DNA of 64,000 bases from Histomonas meleagridis 2922-C6/04-290x (GCA_020184695.1 JAANOX010000243.1:496001-560000); one strand, 5' to 3'; shown: positions 44,708 through 56,224, counted from the stretch's first letter. The notes: generated by a model from the sequence alone, not told the origin. Numbers and translations are program-made.

Positions 44708-45132
44708 GAGACAAAAAATTGGCGAAATTGCCTTTTCGCATTGGGGTACCCCGAAATGAGGGGGCTTTAAGGGTAAAAAAGGGTAATTTCATCTGACAGT
44801 GGCCGAACCATTTCTAATAAAGTATGTATTTTTATGCAATGATGAACTGAATCCGTGTTTCTGCGCACTGATGAGAGATTCATCTGAGCAATTCTATTCA
44901 ACTAACACATAGTTATTAATAGAAAGATCAAAATCAGCTAATTAACTGGTGTATCAATTACTTATAAATAAACAATAAAGTTCGATAAGATTAGCTATTT
45001 TCTAATTTTTCTCTTATTCGTTGATTAAGCATTCGGTTTAATTGATGAGATCATAAATCTTATAATTAAAAAAAAAACATTGGTATTCACTTAAGTAATA
45101 TAAATCTTTATAAAAATCTGATTATAAAAAAT

Positions 45133-45663
45133 TTATTGAAGATGTTCAAGCCATTCCGGAAGATTGTTATGTTCAATTATTGAAATTGCAGGAACGTAAA
45201 GTTCAATGTATTGTTGATCAATCGCACGCGCTTTTATACCGGCAAATCTTCTATATTCCTCAAAAATTGATGTCAGTGTCCACATTTGGAGTTTTCTTAG
45301 ACACCCAATCACTGTTCCAGTTCTATGCTTACCCTTGTTACAGTGTATATATATTGGGTGATTACGTGCATCTGTTAATTCTGTTAAGGCTTGGTGAATG
45401 AGTTTTGGATCAATCATTTTGAAAGGTTCACGATTACCATCCATTGCTACATTGATTAATTTGATGTTATTTTCTTTAAGAAATTCTTTGTTCGTTGGTG
45501 AATAGTCTTCTGGACATAAAAAAAGGATTGATCTTAATCCCAAATTTTTAAGGAAGGAAAAGTTTTTGAAATTTGGATATGAACCACGATATACACCTTT
45601 AGCTACAAGGGCAAAATTAGTGGGGGGTATGAGTATTTCATCTGAATTCTGTTTTTGTTGCAT
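45133..45663 (-). CDS. Siw14/PFA-DSP family phosphatase
   Basis: PPTNFALVAKGVYRGSYP and HCNKGKHRTG active-site loop. Confidence 0.92.
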   Translation of the reverse strand: MQQKQNSDEILIPPTNFALVAKGVYRGSYPNFKNFSFLKNLGLRSILFLCPEDYSPTNKEFLKENNIKLINVAMDGNREPFKMIDPKLIHQALTELTDARNHPIYIHCNKGKHRTGTVIGCLRKLQMWTLTSIFEEYRRFAGIKARAIDQQYIELYVPAISIIEHNNLPEWLEHLQ

Positions 45664-45689
45664 TTGGAAAATGCCTTGTGCTTATTGTT

Positions 45690-45709
45690 GGGGCACCCAT
45701 TTGACCGTT
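45690..45709 (-). promoter_or_regulatory. Putative composite core-promoter element AACGGTC...RCCCC upstream of the Siw14-like gene
   Basis: Sense AACGGTCAAATGGGTGCCCC, 26 nt before the ATG. A similar 20-mer lies upstream of LSG1. Confidence 0.4.
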
Positions 45710-45919
45710 TAGCGTTCCAATGAATTTTCTAACATGTAAACAAAACAAAAACTTAAACGTACTTTTTGGAATGTGTTTTGCTTTAACCTTTCTTGAATTA
45801 GTAATTTAATTTCTACATATTTTTAGCATCAAAAGATTCAAAATGTGATTTATTTTTGATTCAGTAAAACCCTTTACAAAAAACAATTAAAATCACAATA
45901 ATTAATAATTTACATTTTT

Positions 45920-47830
45920 TTATTTAAAAAGAACCTTTGATTGATTTAACACAAGTCTATATACCTGATAACCGAAATTATTAAATATCAACTTCCATGG
46001 TGAGTTTTTGTCAAGTTTTATATCCTTGAATTTTGAATGTATCGATGTGACCAAATAAGAAATATTGTATTGTGTAAACCTCTCAATATTTCCTGGATTT
46101 CTGTACAACAGATCCTGTTCCATCGTTCTGGAGTACCCCAAACCGTGTGATATGGCCCAACCGCCGTAACCGACGAAGCATTGCCTCCCACCAATTGTGG
46201 AGATTGGGTTCATGGGCGGTAGCTCGGCCAAGAAAACTGCTTTCGAATTTGTGTTTTCGGAAATCCATAGTCCGAATCGATAATCATTTTCTGAAAATAT
46301 GTTAGTTGGATAGAAAAAGGATTGCCATGTTGACATGAACGCTGAAAGCCCCATGGAAACCATGAAAATGACAAAAATGATAATTCCGATTAATAGGAAA
46401 AATATCTTTTTCTTGCGAACTAAATAATACAAATATTGGGATACAACTCCTAAAGCTAACGGAATCCATGAAGCATAAAATAGTTTAGTATTATCGAGTT
46501 CCCAAGGCTGGTATCGAATTATATTTGTCAATATAAATGTAACAATAGATGGAATATATAGGGTTATTTGCCATTTGTCGAGTGATGCAAAGCCAAAAAT
46601 TAATGAAATAGCCGCAAAAACTCCTAATCCACGCCACCATAATATGATAGCTGGATGTTTAAATTTACGCTTGTCAGGTGTGTTCCAAATGGGGTTAATA
46701 CGAAGGAAACTTTTCTTTTGCTTGTTAACTCGCCCAAAGAATGGTATAAGTTGAGGAAATGCTATGACATTAGCTACAATTCCATAAATGGCCCACTGAA
46801 TAAAGGCTTTTTTAAATTTAATTCGGGACTTAAATGGAAACGTAATCAAACAAAGAAAAACTGCATATTGAGCAATTGCCACAAAACTATGAACTTGAAG
46901 TTGAGGGAGAAAACCGGTAAATATACCAGCGAGAATAAACATTTTGAGGTCATGATGTTCAACAGCCAGGGCAAGCATCAAAATTATCCAAAAACAAAGT
47001 GGGAGAGACCACAATGCTGATCGTTGAGGAATTATTATATGCATTATTGGATGGAACCAATATTCCATTTGGCCATTTCCCCAATCATGTATCCAATCGC
47101 GACGTGGGTCATCTGCATGCTTTGGATCAAATTTATGGGTCCACCCCAAACCGCCGAGATTTGTGAAGATAAAAAGTGAAACTATTGCGCAAAAGTGACG
47201 CTTAGTGAAGTAAAATGTTAGAGAATAAATACCAACAATAAGCGAAAAACAAATAAACACTGCTGGGACAAAGAGAGCATAACGAACTGTTGTAAGCCCA
47301 GTAACCATTGTAGCAGCTGCATGATAATTCGGTATGATTGGATAAGCAAGAGGTTCACCAGCAAAAAAAGGTGTGTTCACACTAAAGAATGAATCACGTG
47401 GATTGTTACATCCATAAACAAAAGAACTGATAAGATTAAGATGGAATGGTAAATCTGAATAGGCAGCACCCTTGGTTGATACATAATTACGGAGCATGGA
47501 TGCATCCATAAAACAAAAGTATATAAAACCGAAAAATACGTATGTCCAAATTTGTGCTTTGGTTAAAAAAAATTTAAATTGAATTTTGTGATTACTATTG
47601 ATTAGATGAAGGGAAAGTGAAACAATAATCATTAGACCCATTGCAAGAAAACCAACAAACGGTGTTAGTCCGAATAAATATGAAAAAATGTATACGATCC
47701 ATGCAAATATAACAAGTCCAAAAACTGTTCCGCAAAAAAGACATTGAAGTGCATCAAAGTAACGACTGGCGAAATATGATACTACTTCATAGCCAAATAC
47801 CAATGAAATGAGGAGTTGGAAGCACCACAT
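45920..47830 (-). CDS. Polytopic membrane protein, possible GT-C-fold glycosyltransferase
   Basis: Many TM helices, luminal loop with SDLPFHL...YP motif and a C-terminal soluble domain. The GT-C call is a guess from topology. Confidence 0.55.
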   Translation of the reverse strand: MWCFQLLISLVFGYEVVSYFASRYFDALQCLFCGTVFGLVIFAWIVYIFSYLFGLTPFVGFLAMGLMIIVSLSLHLINSNHKIQFKFFLTKAQIWTYVFFGFIYFCFMDASMLRNYVSTKGAAYSDLPFHLNLISSFVYGCNNPRDSFFSVNTPFFAGEPLAYPIIPNYHAAATMVTGLTTVRYALFVPAVFICFSLIVGIYSLTFYFTKRHFCAIVSLFIFTNLGGLGWTHKFDPKHADDPRRDWIHDWGNGQMEYWFHPIMHIIIPQRSALWSLPLCFWIILMLALAVEHHDLKMFILAGIFTGFLPQLQVHSFVAIAQYAVFLCLITFPFKSRIKFKKAFIQWAIYGIVANVIAFPQLIPFFGRVNKQKKSFLRINPIWNTPDKRKFKHPAIILWWRGLGVFAAISLIFGFASLDKWQITLYIPSIVTFILTNIIRYQPWELDNTKLFYASWIPLALGVVSQYLYYLVRKKKIFFLLIGIIIFVIFMVSMGLSAFMSTWQSFFYPTNIFSENDYRFGLWISENTNSKAVFLAELPPMNPISTIGGRQCFVGYGGWAISHGLGYSRTMEQDLLYRNPGNIERFTQYNISYLVTSIHSKFKDIKLDKNSPWKLIFNNFGYQVYRLVLNQSKVLFK

Positions 47831-48417
47831 TTCCAAACCAGTCTGATCGTTTTACCGATAGGATTTATTAAGGGGTGGGGGAACCGTTAATTGGTGTCCT
47901 TTTCTTTATTAATGTGTCATTTTTCTTATTTAACGTTCTCTCTTCATTAAAGATTCAAAAAACACAAGAATAAATGATACGCTTTATCTAAATGCAATCA
48001 TTTTTATATCATCATGAGCCATGTATTTATATCATTAAGCAATAATCACTTTTATTTTGATTTATCATATGATCACCGAAATTTTTCGGTGATACGACAT
48101 TTTGCGTATAAACATATCACCTACAGAAATTTTGTTTCGTTTTTTAGGGAAAACTTTTTATGTGATCCACATAATCTTTTATAGTTGTAAATTAATATTT
48201 GATATAATATTTTATTTATTTAGAACCATTAAGATTTTATGATTACCATTATTTATCGATATATTCTAATTTTATGTTCCAAGGATTTGAATAGCCATTG
48301 AAATTTTCAATACTGTAGCGGCATTTTTATATTGAATTTTTTGTCTGAAAAAAAGTCAAATAATTATTCGTTCTCGAGTCAAGATTTCCGATCTTGTGAC
48401 CAAATTTATATTTGCAC

Positions 48418-49488
48418 ATGGATAGTCTTTCAATAATTACAGAGGTAAATGAAGACAAAAAAGAAACCCAAAAGATTATAAATAACTTTTTGGTCCTAAA
48501 ACAAATTGGTCAAGGCTCATTTTCTAAAGTCTATCTAACAATGGACATTAAAACTCGTAAATTTTATGCAATGAAAAAGGTAAAGGTAAACATAAACAAA
48601 AAGGCCCAACAAAGGCTAAATATGATTGGAAAGGAAGTCAGACTTATGTCATCATTAGATCATAAAAACATTTTAAAATTACATCAAATCTATAGAAACA
48701 AAGATCAAAACCATGTTTACGTATTCCTTGAATATGCAGAACATGGAAGCATTGAAACACTTCTTAATCAAAATACTAAATTTTCACTTGCAGATAAATT
48801 GTCCATTATCAAACAGATTTCAAGAGCCCTAAGATACTTAAATCAGAAAGGGTTTGTCCACGGCGATATTAAACCAGGAAATATTCTTGTTGATACAAAT
48901 GGAAGAGTTTTATTAGGTGACTTTGGAAGTGCACATCCAATCCAAAAGGAAGCACAAGATCTTGGGTCTCCTGCATACCTTGCACCAGAATGTTTAGAAA
49001 TTGATGATGAAGATTTTGATAAAGAAAAGTCACATGAAAAAGAAGATATTTGGTCTCTTGGCGTAACATTTTACCAACTTCTTTTTAATTCTCTTCCATT
49101 TTCCGGCGATAGTGTATATGAAATTAATCATAATATCAAATCCAATAACATTATAATTCCATCAGGAATACCCGCGAATGTCAAAGAGTTACTCTTATCA
49201 ATGTTGGAAGTTAATCCCGAAAAAAGGATATCTGTATCTGAAATATTATCAAATCCTTTAATTTCACGTGCAAATGATTCGTTGGTAAACCTGCCAACGC
49301 CACCAAAGGTTGATGCTGTGATTGAAAAAGACATCAAATATGTCAAAGCTTCCGAATGCTTCATAGATTCATCACTTCAAACATATCTTTTACGGTCTTT
49401 AAAGAAATCACGACTTGTTCTTGCGTTTGAGCAGGTTGGTGAAGGCATTGTGAACTTCTTGAAAAGTATTCCTCATAGTTGTATATGA
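48418..49488 (+). CDS. Ser/Thr protein kinase (CAMKK/LKB1-like)
   Basis: GQGSFSKV, AMKK, HGDIKPGN, DFG, GSPAYLAPE, DIWSLG. Confidence 0.88.
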   Translation: MDSLSIITEVNEDKKETQKIINNFLVLKQIGQGSFSKVYLTMDIKTRKFYAMKKVKVNINKKAQQRLNMIGKEVRLMSSLDHKNILKLHQIYRNKDQNHVYVFLEYAEHGSIETLLNQNTKFSLADKLSIIKQISRALRYLNQKGFVHGDIKPGNILVDTNGRVLLGDFGSAHPIQKEAQDLGSPAYLAPECLEIDDEDFDKEKSHEKEDIWSLGVTFYQLLFNSLPFSGDSVYEINHNIKSNNIIIPSGIPANVKELLLSMLEVNPEKRISVSEILSNPLISRANDSLVNLPTPPKVDAVIEKDIKYVKASECFIDSSLQTYLLRSLKKSRLVLAFEQVGEGIVNFLKSIPHSCI

Positions 49489-49586
49489 TACAATAATAAA
49501 ATGTTTTTATGTTTTCGTCAAACGTTAATTTTTGTCACTTTTATCGTATTAGCTAATTCAAATTTCAAATGTTATAACAAATGTAA

Positions 49587-50174
49587 ATGGAAACTTCCGA
49601 CGAAGACATCAAAATTATTTTTCTGAGCGGAGAAATTGCTGGCAAAAGCACGTTAATTGAACGCATACTGGAGGGTAGGCCAGCTTATAATGTTGACCCG
49701 ACTATTTTTGATACATTTTCAAAAACATTCGAACACCAGAATTATAAGTTGACAATAACAGACACTTCATATCAAGATATTCAGAGATTCCCAACAATGA
49801 CTTATTATCTAACATTGAAAACGTTGAAAGAGCATGATTGTTACGTTCTTGTTTATTCCATTGATAGTCGTCCGTTATTCGAAGCCATCACTAAGATATA
49901 TTCTTTTATACAAAGGTCCAAAGATAGCGTTCAATTTCCATGTGTCATAATTGGAAATGAATGTGACTTGACCCAAAAAAGAGTGGTTCAAAAGGAAGAA
50001 GGAATGGCATTGGCAGAATCCCTTGGAGCTCAGTTTTTTGAGGTATCAGGATGGACAGGGGAAGGTGTTCATAATATCTTGGGAACTATCATCGAAAAAT
50101 ACTTTTTGAAAGATGATCCACATTCGAAAGATCAACATATGAATTCAAGAAAAGAAATATGTCACATCTTCTAA
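49587..50174 (+). CDS. Divergent Ras-family small GTPase-like protein
   Basis: Ras fold with degenerate G boxes (GEIAGKS, DTSY, NECD), VLVYSIDSR, FFEVS and C-terminal CHIF. Confidence 0.75.
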   Translation: METSDEDIKIIFLSGEIAGKSTLIERILEGRPAYNVDPTIFDTFSKTFEHQNYKLTITDTSYQDIQRFPTMTYYLTLKTLKEHDCYVLVYSIDSRPLFEAITKIYSFIQRSKDSVQFPCVIIGNECDLTQKRVVQKEEGMALAESLGAQFFEVSGWTGEGVHNILGTIIEKYFLKDDPHSKDQHMNSRKEICHIF

Positions 50175-50466
50175 AGGTAAAATATTTTATGTAGATTATA
50201 ATACCATTGCGCGTTTCATAAAAGTAAATAAAAACAATTTTTTCGATTAATTTAAATTAATAGTTTCATATTTCATGAAGTAAAACTATGCATAATCCTT
50301 CTTTGGTTTTGCATAATTATCATTTATGATTTTTGTTATTATTAAGATTTATTAATATCTTTTTCTACAAATATATTAAAGTTGTTTAAGCCAACTATAT
50401 TTATTAATATAAAATTATACAATAATTCCTTTTTAAATGAAAGAAAATATAATTTAACTTAAATAT

Positions 50467-51636
50467 TTATTCATTTTGTTGTTTACGTATTGTTTCCAAC
50501 ATGTGTGTCAATGTATCTATTCTAGTGTTTAGATTTTGTAAATCTTCTCGTATTTCTTTAAACTTCTCTATGTTTACCTTATTACATGCATCTGTTCCAT
50601 CTTCACAAATATTATCCCACCAATCTACAATACCATTCAAGAATGGAATAATCTTAGATATTATAAGAACAATTCTTTCAATCATAAAGACAGGGAAATA
50701 TAATATAGTTCTTATTATTAAAAGCAAATTTTCGAATATAAATTGGAAAATAATACTGATGAAATGAATAAGTCGTTTGAAGAAGTTGTATAACAAAATT
50801 ATAGGATTTGGTGGCTTTACAAAATGTATATTCTTTATACTTAATAAGATATTATAGAACTTAAGTGAAAATGTTGATATGAAGAGTTTGATTTTGTCGA
50901 ATAAAGCTTTGAAAAAGTTGAACACAAAGTCAAGGTGAATGAAACAGAAGATATTTCGAATGATAGTAATGATATAATAAATAACATTAACAACAAAGTT
51001 ATAAACACTTAAGAAAATGAACTTAATAAAGTCGAAAAGAGTAGTAAAGAGTAGGGGTATTTGTGGAAATATGTTTGCAACTTTAAGGAAGAAGCCTCTA
51101 ATTAAATCAAATATGTAAAAGAAGACTTTGAAAGTTTGAACACATATGAATTTGAAGAAAAAGAGTATATTGTTAAATATATCAGCAAAGAAATTATGTA
51201 AAAGAGTAAAGAACCAACGGATAGAAAGGGAAATGCGAGTTAAAAAATAGAGTATGTGATTAGCTACTTTCAAAAGATTGATAGCAATGTATAAAAAGAG
51301 TTTGATGATTTGGTCTAAAATAAGATTTCCAAAATCTAAGAGTCTAACTCCAATACAACGGATAAACTTGAACAAATTACCAAAAACAGCACCAAATTTA
51401 TTCCAAAACTTTAACAAGGTGTTGATAACAAAATCTGGAATTAAATCTGGAAGCGTATATGATCTAATGGGAATTTTATCTTCTGGCTTTGGTAAGATTT
51501 TCACAATTGAAATAGCTAATAAAATTGAAACTAATATAATTAATATTTCGGATAACTTAATATATTTCTGTCTCTTAATTGGATCTGAGTGTGCTAAGGA
51601 ACTTATTTTGGCTTGAACTTTAGGAAAGTTCACCAT
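50467..51636 (-). CDS. Hypothetical hydrophobic F/I/L-rich membrane protein with C-terminal coiled coil
   Basis: Long ORF with an N-terminal TM helix, repeated amphipathic segments and EKFKEIREDLQNLNTRIDTL. Confidence 0.6.
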   Translation of the reverse strand: MVNFPKVQAKISSLAHSDPIKRQKYIKLSEILIILVSILLAISIVKILPKPEDKIPIRSYTLPDLIPDFVINTLLKFWNKFGAVFGNLFKFIRCIGVRLLDFGNLILDQIIKLFLYIAINLLKVANHILYFLTRISLSIRWFFTLLHNFFADIFNNILFFFKFICVQTFKVFFYIFDLIRGFFLKVANIFPQIPLLFTTLFDFIKFIFLSVYNFVVNVIYYIITIIRNIFCFIHLDFVFNFFKALFDKIKLFISTFSLKFYNILLSIKNIHFVKPPNPIILLYNFFKRLIHFISIIFQFIFENLLLIIRTILYFPVFMIERIVLIISKIIPFLNGIVDWWDNICEDGTDACNKVNIEKFKEIREDLQNLNTRIDTLTHMLETIRKQQNE

Positions 51637-51915
51637 ATTAAAATTGTTGGAAATTAAACAAACATAGTCAATTTTATCCAAAATGGCGCCATTTTTTGAA
51701 TGGAAATCAATTTAAAGGAATTCCTTAGTTTAAACTAAGGTCTAGGTATTTTGACCTATGGTATATTTAGAATGATTCTTTTGATCAAACGTGTTAGCAT
51801 GTCACAAGGTAACACAATTTGGTTAAGTTACTCCATGAAAAAAATGAATAAAAATGAAACATTACATATGTAATTTCCCACAAATTTTATTGACACATTT
51901 TTTTTTTCAAATGAA

Positions 51916-53316
51916 ATGAAATACAAAGCAAAAGAAGAAGTAGAGGATTTCCATCAAAAATTTACCGAACCCATTCCAGACTTTAAAGCTCCTACTTTTT
52001 ACAATGCACAAGTAATTCCTGATGAAATATCTTCTCTTCTTTCAACAATGATACAAGCAATCTCTACAGAAGATTCCAACTTAGAATTCATTTTCCAATC
52101 CTTTATTAATTTTATCGGGGACAGGAAGTTACCAATTTGTAATTATCTCAAGAATTTTCATATAAAAAAAAATTTTAAAAGCATATTAATTGAATGTCCA
52201 ATTGAACCAATTGTTATTTTATGTGTTTGCTGCATGCTTTCCATGTGTAAAAGTGATCCACAAACACGTAAATATTTTTCTACATTATCAGTATGTTTTA
52301 AACTATTAGATTGTTTTGATCGATATGGAACAAATATTTTAATACCTGCGTGCGATTTACTTTCACATCTTGTTGTTGGCTTTGACGAAGATCTTTTTTG
52401 CTTATTTGATTCAATTATGAAATCGTATGCAGAACAACCAGAAATTCTGACACCAGAACAAAAATCGTTTTTAGGTTTATTTTATCTTAACATCTCTAAG
52501 CATGTCCCTTCTCCTTATCATACAACACTTTATACAAGCTTACTTACGTTATTACAAATGGAAGAATACACAACGACAATACAAACGATTGCAGACTTAA
52601 CGCAAATCAATCTAAATTCTCCTTTTAAGGAATCTTTTTATGTTTCCATCTGTGTTCAAAGGGAATTTAAAATTTATTCAAAAACTACTTTAAAGTATGA
52701 AAATTCAATACTTGAAGAGATCATGAAAAACATCGAAAGAATTCCTCCTGATTATCTTTTATATGGGTTACAAATAATTAATAATTGTTTCCAAGTAAAA
52801 CTCGATTTTTACCATTATTTAGGCGCTATGTTAAATCTCGAGTTTTTGTTTTCATTGTTTACTGACTATTGTGATTCACAAAGCATAATTACTAATGTAT
52901 GTGAAATAATATGCAGTTTACTTAAGGTTCGGGAAATCGCTATTAAAATTGCACAGCCTTCTTTGATATCTACCTTTCTGAAATACCTTGAAAACGCTCC
53001 TTTCGAAATTAAAAAGTCATCTTTCATATCTATTTGTAACGCAGTCGAATTCATTCCTATGGAATACATTAATTTTATGAATGAAAATGGTTTCCTTGAT
53101 GATTTGGTTTGCTTCTTTGATGTTGAAGATGTGGATTTATTATGGAAAATTTTGCATGCTGTATGGGTGATGGTAAGGAAAGACGAATCAGAGCAACTAA
53201 AAGAATTAATCGCAGGTGATTACAAAGACGATTTTATGGAACTATTCGAAATGCATAACGAAAGAATTGACAGTTACTTGAAACTTTTGGAATTGCAACT
53301 TTTTCCAGAGGAATAA
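51916..53316 (+). CDS. Hypothetical alpha-helical repeat (ARM/HEAT-like) protein
   Basis: 466-aa ORF with a helical pattern. The C-terminal part (APFEIKKSSFISICN...GFLDDLV) resembles importin-alpha-like ARM repeats. Confidence 0.55.
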   Translation: MKYKAKEEVEDFHQKFTEPIPDFKAPTFYNAQVIPDEISSLLSTMIQAISTEDSNLEFIFQSFINFIGDRKLPICNYLKNFHIKKNFKSILIECPIEPIVILCVCCMLSMCKSDPQTRKYFSTLSVCFKLLDCFDRYGTNILIPACDLLSHLVVGFDEDLFCLFDSIMKSYAEQPEILTPEQKSFLGLFYLNISKHVPSPYHTTLYTSLLTLLQMEEYTTTIQTIADLTQINLNSPFKESFYVSICVQREFKIYSKTTLKYENSILEEIMKNIERIPPDYLLYGLQIINNCFQVKLDFYHYLGAMLNLEFLFSLFTDYCDSQSIITNVCEIICSLLKVREIAIKIAQPSLISTFLKYLENAPFEIKKSSFISICNAVEFIPMEYINFMNENGFLDDLVCFFDVEDVDLLWKILHAVWVMVRKDESEQLKELIAGDYKDDFMELFEMHNERIDSYLKLLELQLFPEE

Positions 53317-53418
53317 CTTTTTCATACGATTTTGATCGTTGGTTTACAGAATTTTATTCATCGTTTCTATCGTGCAAAACAGAAGCAAAAAATGATTTCA
53401 AATTTAAATAAATTTTCT

Positions 53419-53967
53419 TTATGAAATAATACAAATTTTATGATTTGGTGAAGTTGTTGATTGAAAATGAGTAATTTTTCTACTAAGAGTTGTAAATGCA
53501 TCACTAACATTTATGTTGGCCTTTGCTGATGTTTCATAGAATTCTGCGTTTAAATCGGCTGCCAGTTGTTCACCTTCAGATTTATTGACAGAACGAAATT
53601 CATCTTCGAGATCGCATTTGTTTCCACATATTACAATTGGGATTTTGTCATTTTCTTTTAATTGAATAATGTCATTGTAATATTGACGTACTGAATCAAA
53701 AGAGGGACGATCATCAATAGAATATAAAATAAGAAAACCTTTACCTTCTCTAATTAAGAATCTTTTTTGTTGAGGAAAGGGATTTTGTCCTGCTGTATCA
53801 ATTATTTTTAATTTAATTTCTTTATTATCAACATTCAATGTACGAAAAAATTGTTCTTCAACTGTTGGATCATAATTTTCGACGAAATGCCCCTGTGCAA
53901 ATTGTATGATCAAAGATGACTTCCCGACTGCTGCATCTCCAAATACGACGACTTCAAATTTTTCCAT
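53419..53967 (-). CDS. Ras family GTPase
   Basis: GDAAVGKS, YDPTVEE, DTAGQ, NKCD, ETSAK, CaaX CIIS. Confidence 0.93.
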   Translation of the reverse strand: MEKFEVVVFGDAAVGKSSLIIQFAQGHFVENYDPTVEEQFFRTLNVDNKEIKLKIIDTAGQNPFPQQKRFLIREGKGFLILYSIDDRPSFDSVRQYYNDIIQLKENDKIPIVICGNKCDLEDEFRSVNKSEGEQLAADLNAEFYETSAKANINVSDAFTTLSRKITHFQSTTSPNHKICIIS

Positions 53968-54091
53968 CACTTCACCATTAAAAAAACGTTAATTACTTTA
54001 TCAAAAAAAGAAATTGATAGAACTTTTTGAAAACAATTTGATCGTTTTGTTGAAAGTTAAAAAATTACAATTTTACTCACAAAAAAATATG

Positions 54092-55297
54092 TTAAACTTC
54101 TTCAGTAGGCTCATATATAATTTTTGCAGGTGAGCTTCCTCCAGGGAAATTCGACAAGAATTTTCTAACCATTGGACATTTGACTCTAAATTTGCATCCA
54201 TATTCATCAAAAAGGAACGAATCGAACACTATTTCATGTTCTTCCAAATCGTCATCACACACAGTTCTTATTGTGAAACCATTTTGATATTTCTGTACGA
54301 ATTCTCTTGGGTTTAATCTCTCTGTATCGTTAGCACTAAATATTGGTTCGAACTGCGTGATGCACATATCTTCTTTTTTGCTTCTACCATTTATGTACAT
54401 CGCATATCCCCATTGCATTTCGACCATTACATGTTCAATGCCATATTCAAATGTAATTTCTGACATCGAAATATTGCTCCAATCAATGTACTTGTCATCC
54501 CATGTTGTAACATGTGATTGCCAAAGATGGATTGTAAGTGGCGAAACGATGTTGTGATATGATATTGGGGCGCTATTATATTTTGGTTTTGTTTGTGTGA
54601 TTTTTGGGCCATTTCCATGCTGCAGCTCATTGTTGATGTATGAATTCGCTGTGACGCCAAGAAATCGTTCGGCACATAATGATAATCGCATATCACTCGC
54701 AAACATAATTCCTGTAAATGAATGGGAACATATTGGAAGATATGGCTTAAGATCTCTCATTAAAGTTCCGGACATAATAATTCCAGCTCCGCCCATTGCA
54801 AATAAATGATTTTTCATTTCTTTGGAATAAAATCCAAGAAGATGGTAAAACGGCGCATAAATTTTCCCATAAACTATGCGCTTGCTACTATCTTTGTCGG
54901 AAAGAAAATCTACTATTGCATTTGGAAATAAATATGAATCATCATCGCATAAAACATACCATTTTTTGTCTGGATATTGTTGAATAAGATTAGTAGCTGC
55001 AAAAACATGACGTGATTGAACTTCGTCCCATTTTGATTCAGATTGTGTTCCTTTTAAATAAAGAGCTTTAACTTGTTGTTCATGAAATGTAATATTTAGA
55101 TGATTACTACAATTTAATATATCATTTACTTTTTTTTTGGGTAATTTATCTGAATAAATATGAACTTCTGGTAAAAGTTGATACCACGTTCGAGCATGAT
55201 CTTTCAATCTTTTTTTTAGAAGATTTTCGCCAGTCCAAATACCAAATCCTATATCATTAATAGTTAATTGATAATTTATAATGGCCAAAATTATCAT
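54092..55297 (-). CDS. Fringe/C1GALT1-like glycosyltransferase (GT31)
   Basis: KWYVLCDDDSY, GGAGIIMS, SDMRLSLC, PISYH. Confidence 0.82.
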   Translation of the reverse strand: MIILAIINYQLTINDIGFGIWTGENLLKKRLKDHARTWYQLLPEVHIYSDKLPKKKVNDILNCSNHLNITFHEQQVKALYLKGTQSESKWDEVQSRHVFAATNLIQQYPDKKWYVLCDDDSYLFPNAIVDFLSDKDSSKRIVYGKIYAPFYHLLGFYSKEMKNHLFAMGGAGIIMSGTLMRDLKPYLPICSHSFTGIMFASDMRLSLCAERFLGVTANSYINNELQHGNGPKITQTKPKYNSAPISYHNIVSPLTIHLWQSHVTTWDDKYIDWSNISMSEITFEYGIEHVMVEMQWGYAMYINGRSKKEDMCITQFEPIFSANDTERLNPREFVQKYQNGFTIRTVCDDDLEEHEIVFDSFLFDEYGCKFRVKCPMVRKFLSNFPGGSSPAKIIYEPTEEV

Positions 55298-55408
55298 TTC
55301 TTTCCTTTTGTCCCAAAAAAGGTTTGCTGTCAAAAAGTCCGAATGGACAGTTTTGTGTTTAAAAAGTTATTTAACCGATGATATGCTCTCAAAAGTCAAT
55401 TCTGACAA

Positions 55409-56224
55409 ATGTTTGCCGAAGTTCCTCCAGGCGAAGACTGGAATTGGCTCAGAGCTCTTCATGGATCATACCACAAATGGACACAAAGTTCTCTCTTCTC
55501 TTGGTTTGAAAAAGCTACAAAACCAAACAATGATCCTCCAAAAGCAAAACATGTACGTAGAATAATTTTGGCTTCACTTCGTGATACTGCTGCATCACCC
55601 CTTACAATAGCCAATCATTTTATCAACAGCATGGCTTGGAGGGCTGATCCAAGAATTGCTGCAAAAGCTTTATACATCATCTTAATTCTTCTCCAGTATC
55701 AAGAGAGACTTGATGTTTCCATTGCCACTATTACTAACAAGGTTGTAGCATTTTATAACGATTATATTCCAAGTGATAAATCATTACAACTTTTCTCTCA
55801 AGCTGCAACCAGAATTGGATCTATCATCCATTCTAAACTTAACTTCCATGATAAGTATCCCGAAGTTCATGGAAATTTCGCACTTTCAAATGAAAAGATT
55901 ACTGAACAACCCAATTTTATTGCTGATTTAACAACACATTTAACCTGCACACTCTATGAAACTGTTGCTGTTCAATCAGCAGTTGTTAACAGTGATGATT
56001 TTGTTGTCACTGTACTTTGGCAATCAATTGTTTCTGAAACAATTTCGGCTTATAGGCTGTTAAAGACGATTGATAACACTGCTGAAAACCAAAAACTTAT
56101 CAAGGATACTGAGGATTTAATTGATAGCTTACCGAATTTCCCATACGTCTCAACAACAGTAATTTTCCCACTTTCTGGTGAAAACGTTACAATTCCTCGT
56201 GAAAGGTTCCCTAAAAAGATTTAA
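55409..56224 (+). CDS. ANTH/ENTH-like domain protein
   Basis: KATKPNNDPPKAKHVRRII...W...IAAKALYIILILLQ pattern. Confidence 0.7.
   Translation: MFAEVPPGEDWNWLRALHGSYHKWTQSSLFSWFEKATKPNNDPPKAKHVRRIILASLRDTAASPLTIANHFINSMAWRADPRIAAKALYIILILLQYQERLDVSIATITNKVVAFYNDYIPSDKSLQLFSQAATRIGSIIHSKLNFHDKYPEVHGNFALSNEKITEQPNFIADLTTHLTCTLYETVAVQSAVVNSDDFVVTVLWQSIVSETISAYRLLKTIDNTAENQKLIKDTEDLIDSLPNFPYVSTTVIFPLSGENVTIPRERFPKKI

Noticed and set aside
48072-48093. Perfect 10-bp palindrome ATCACCGAAA-TT-TTTCGGTGAT
   Set aside because: A single short hairpin with no supporting context, expected occasionally in 64 kb.
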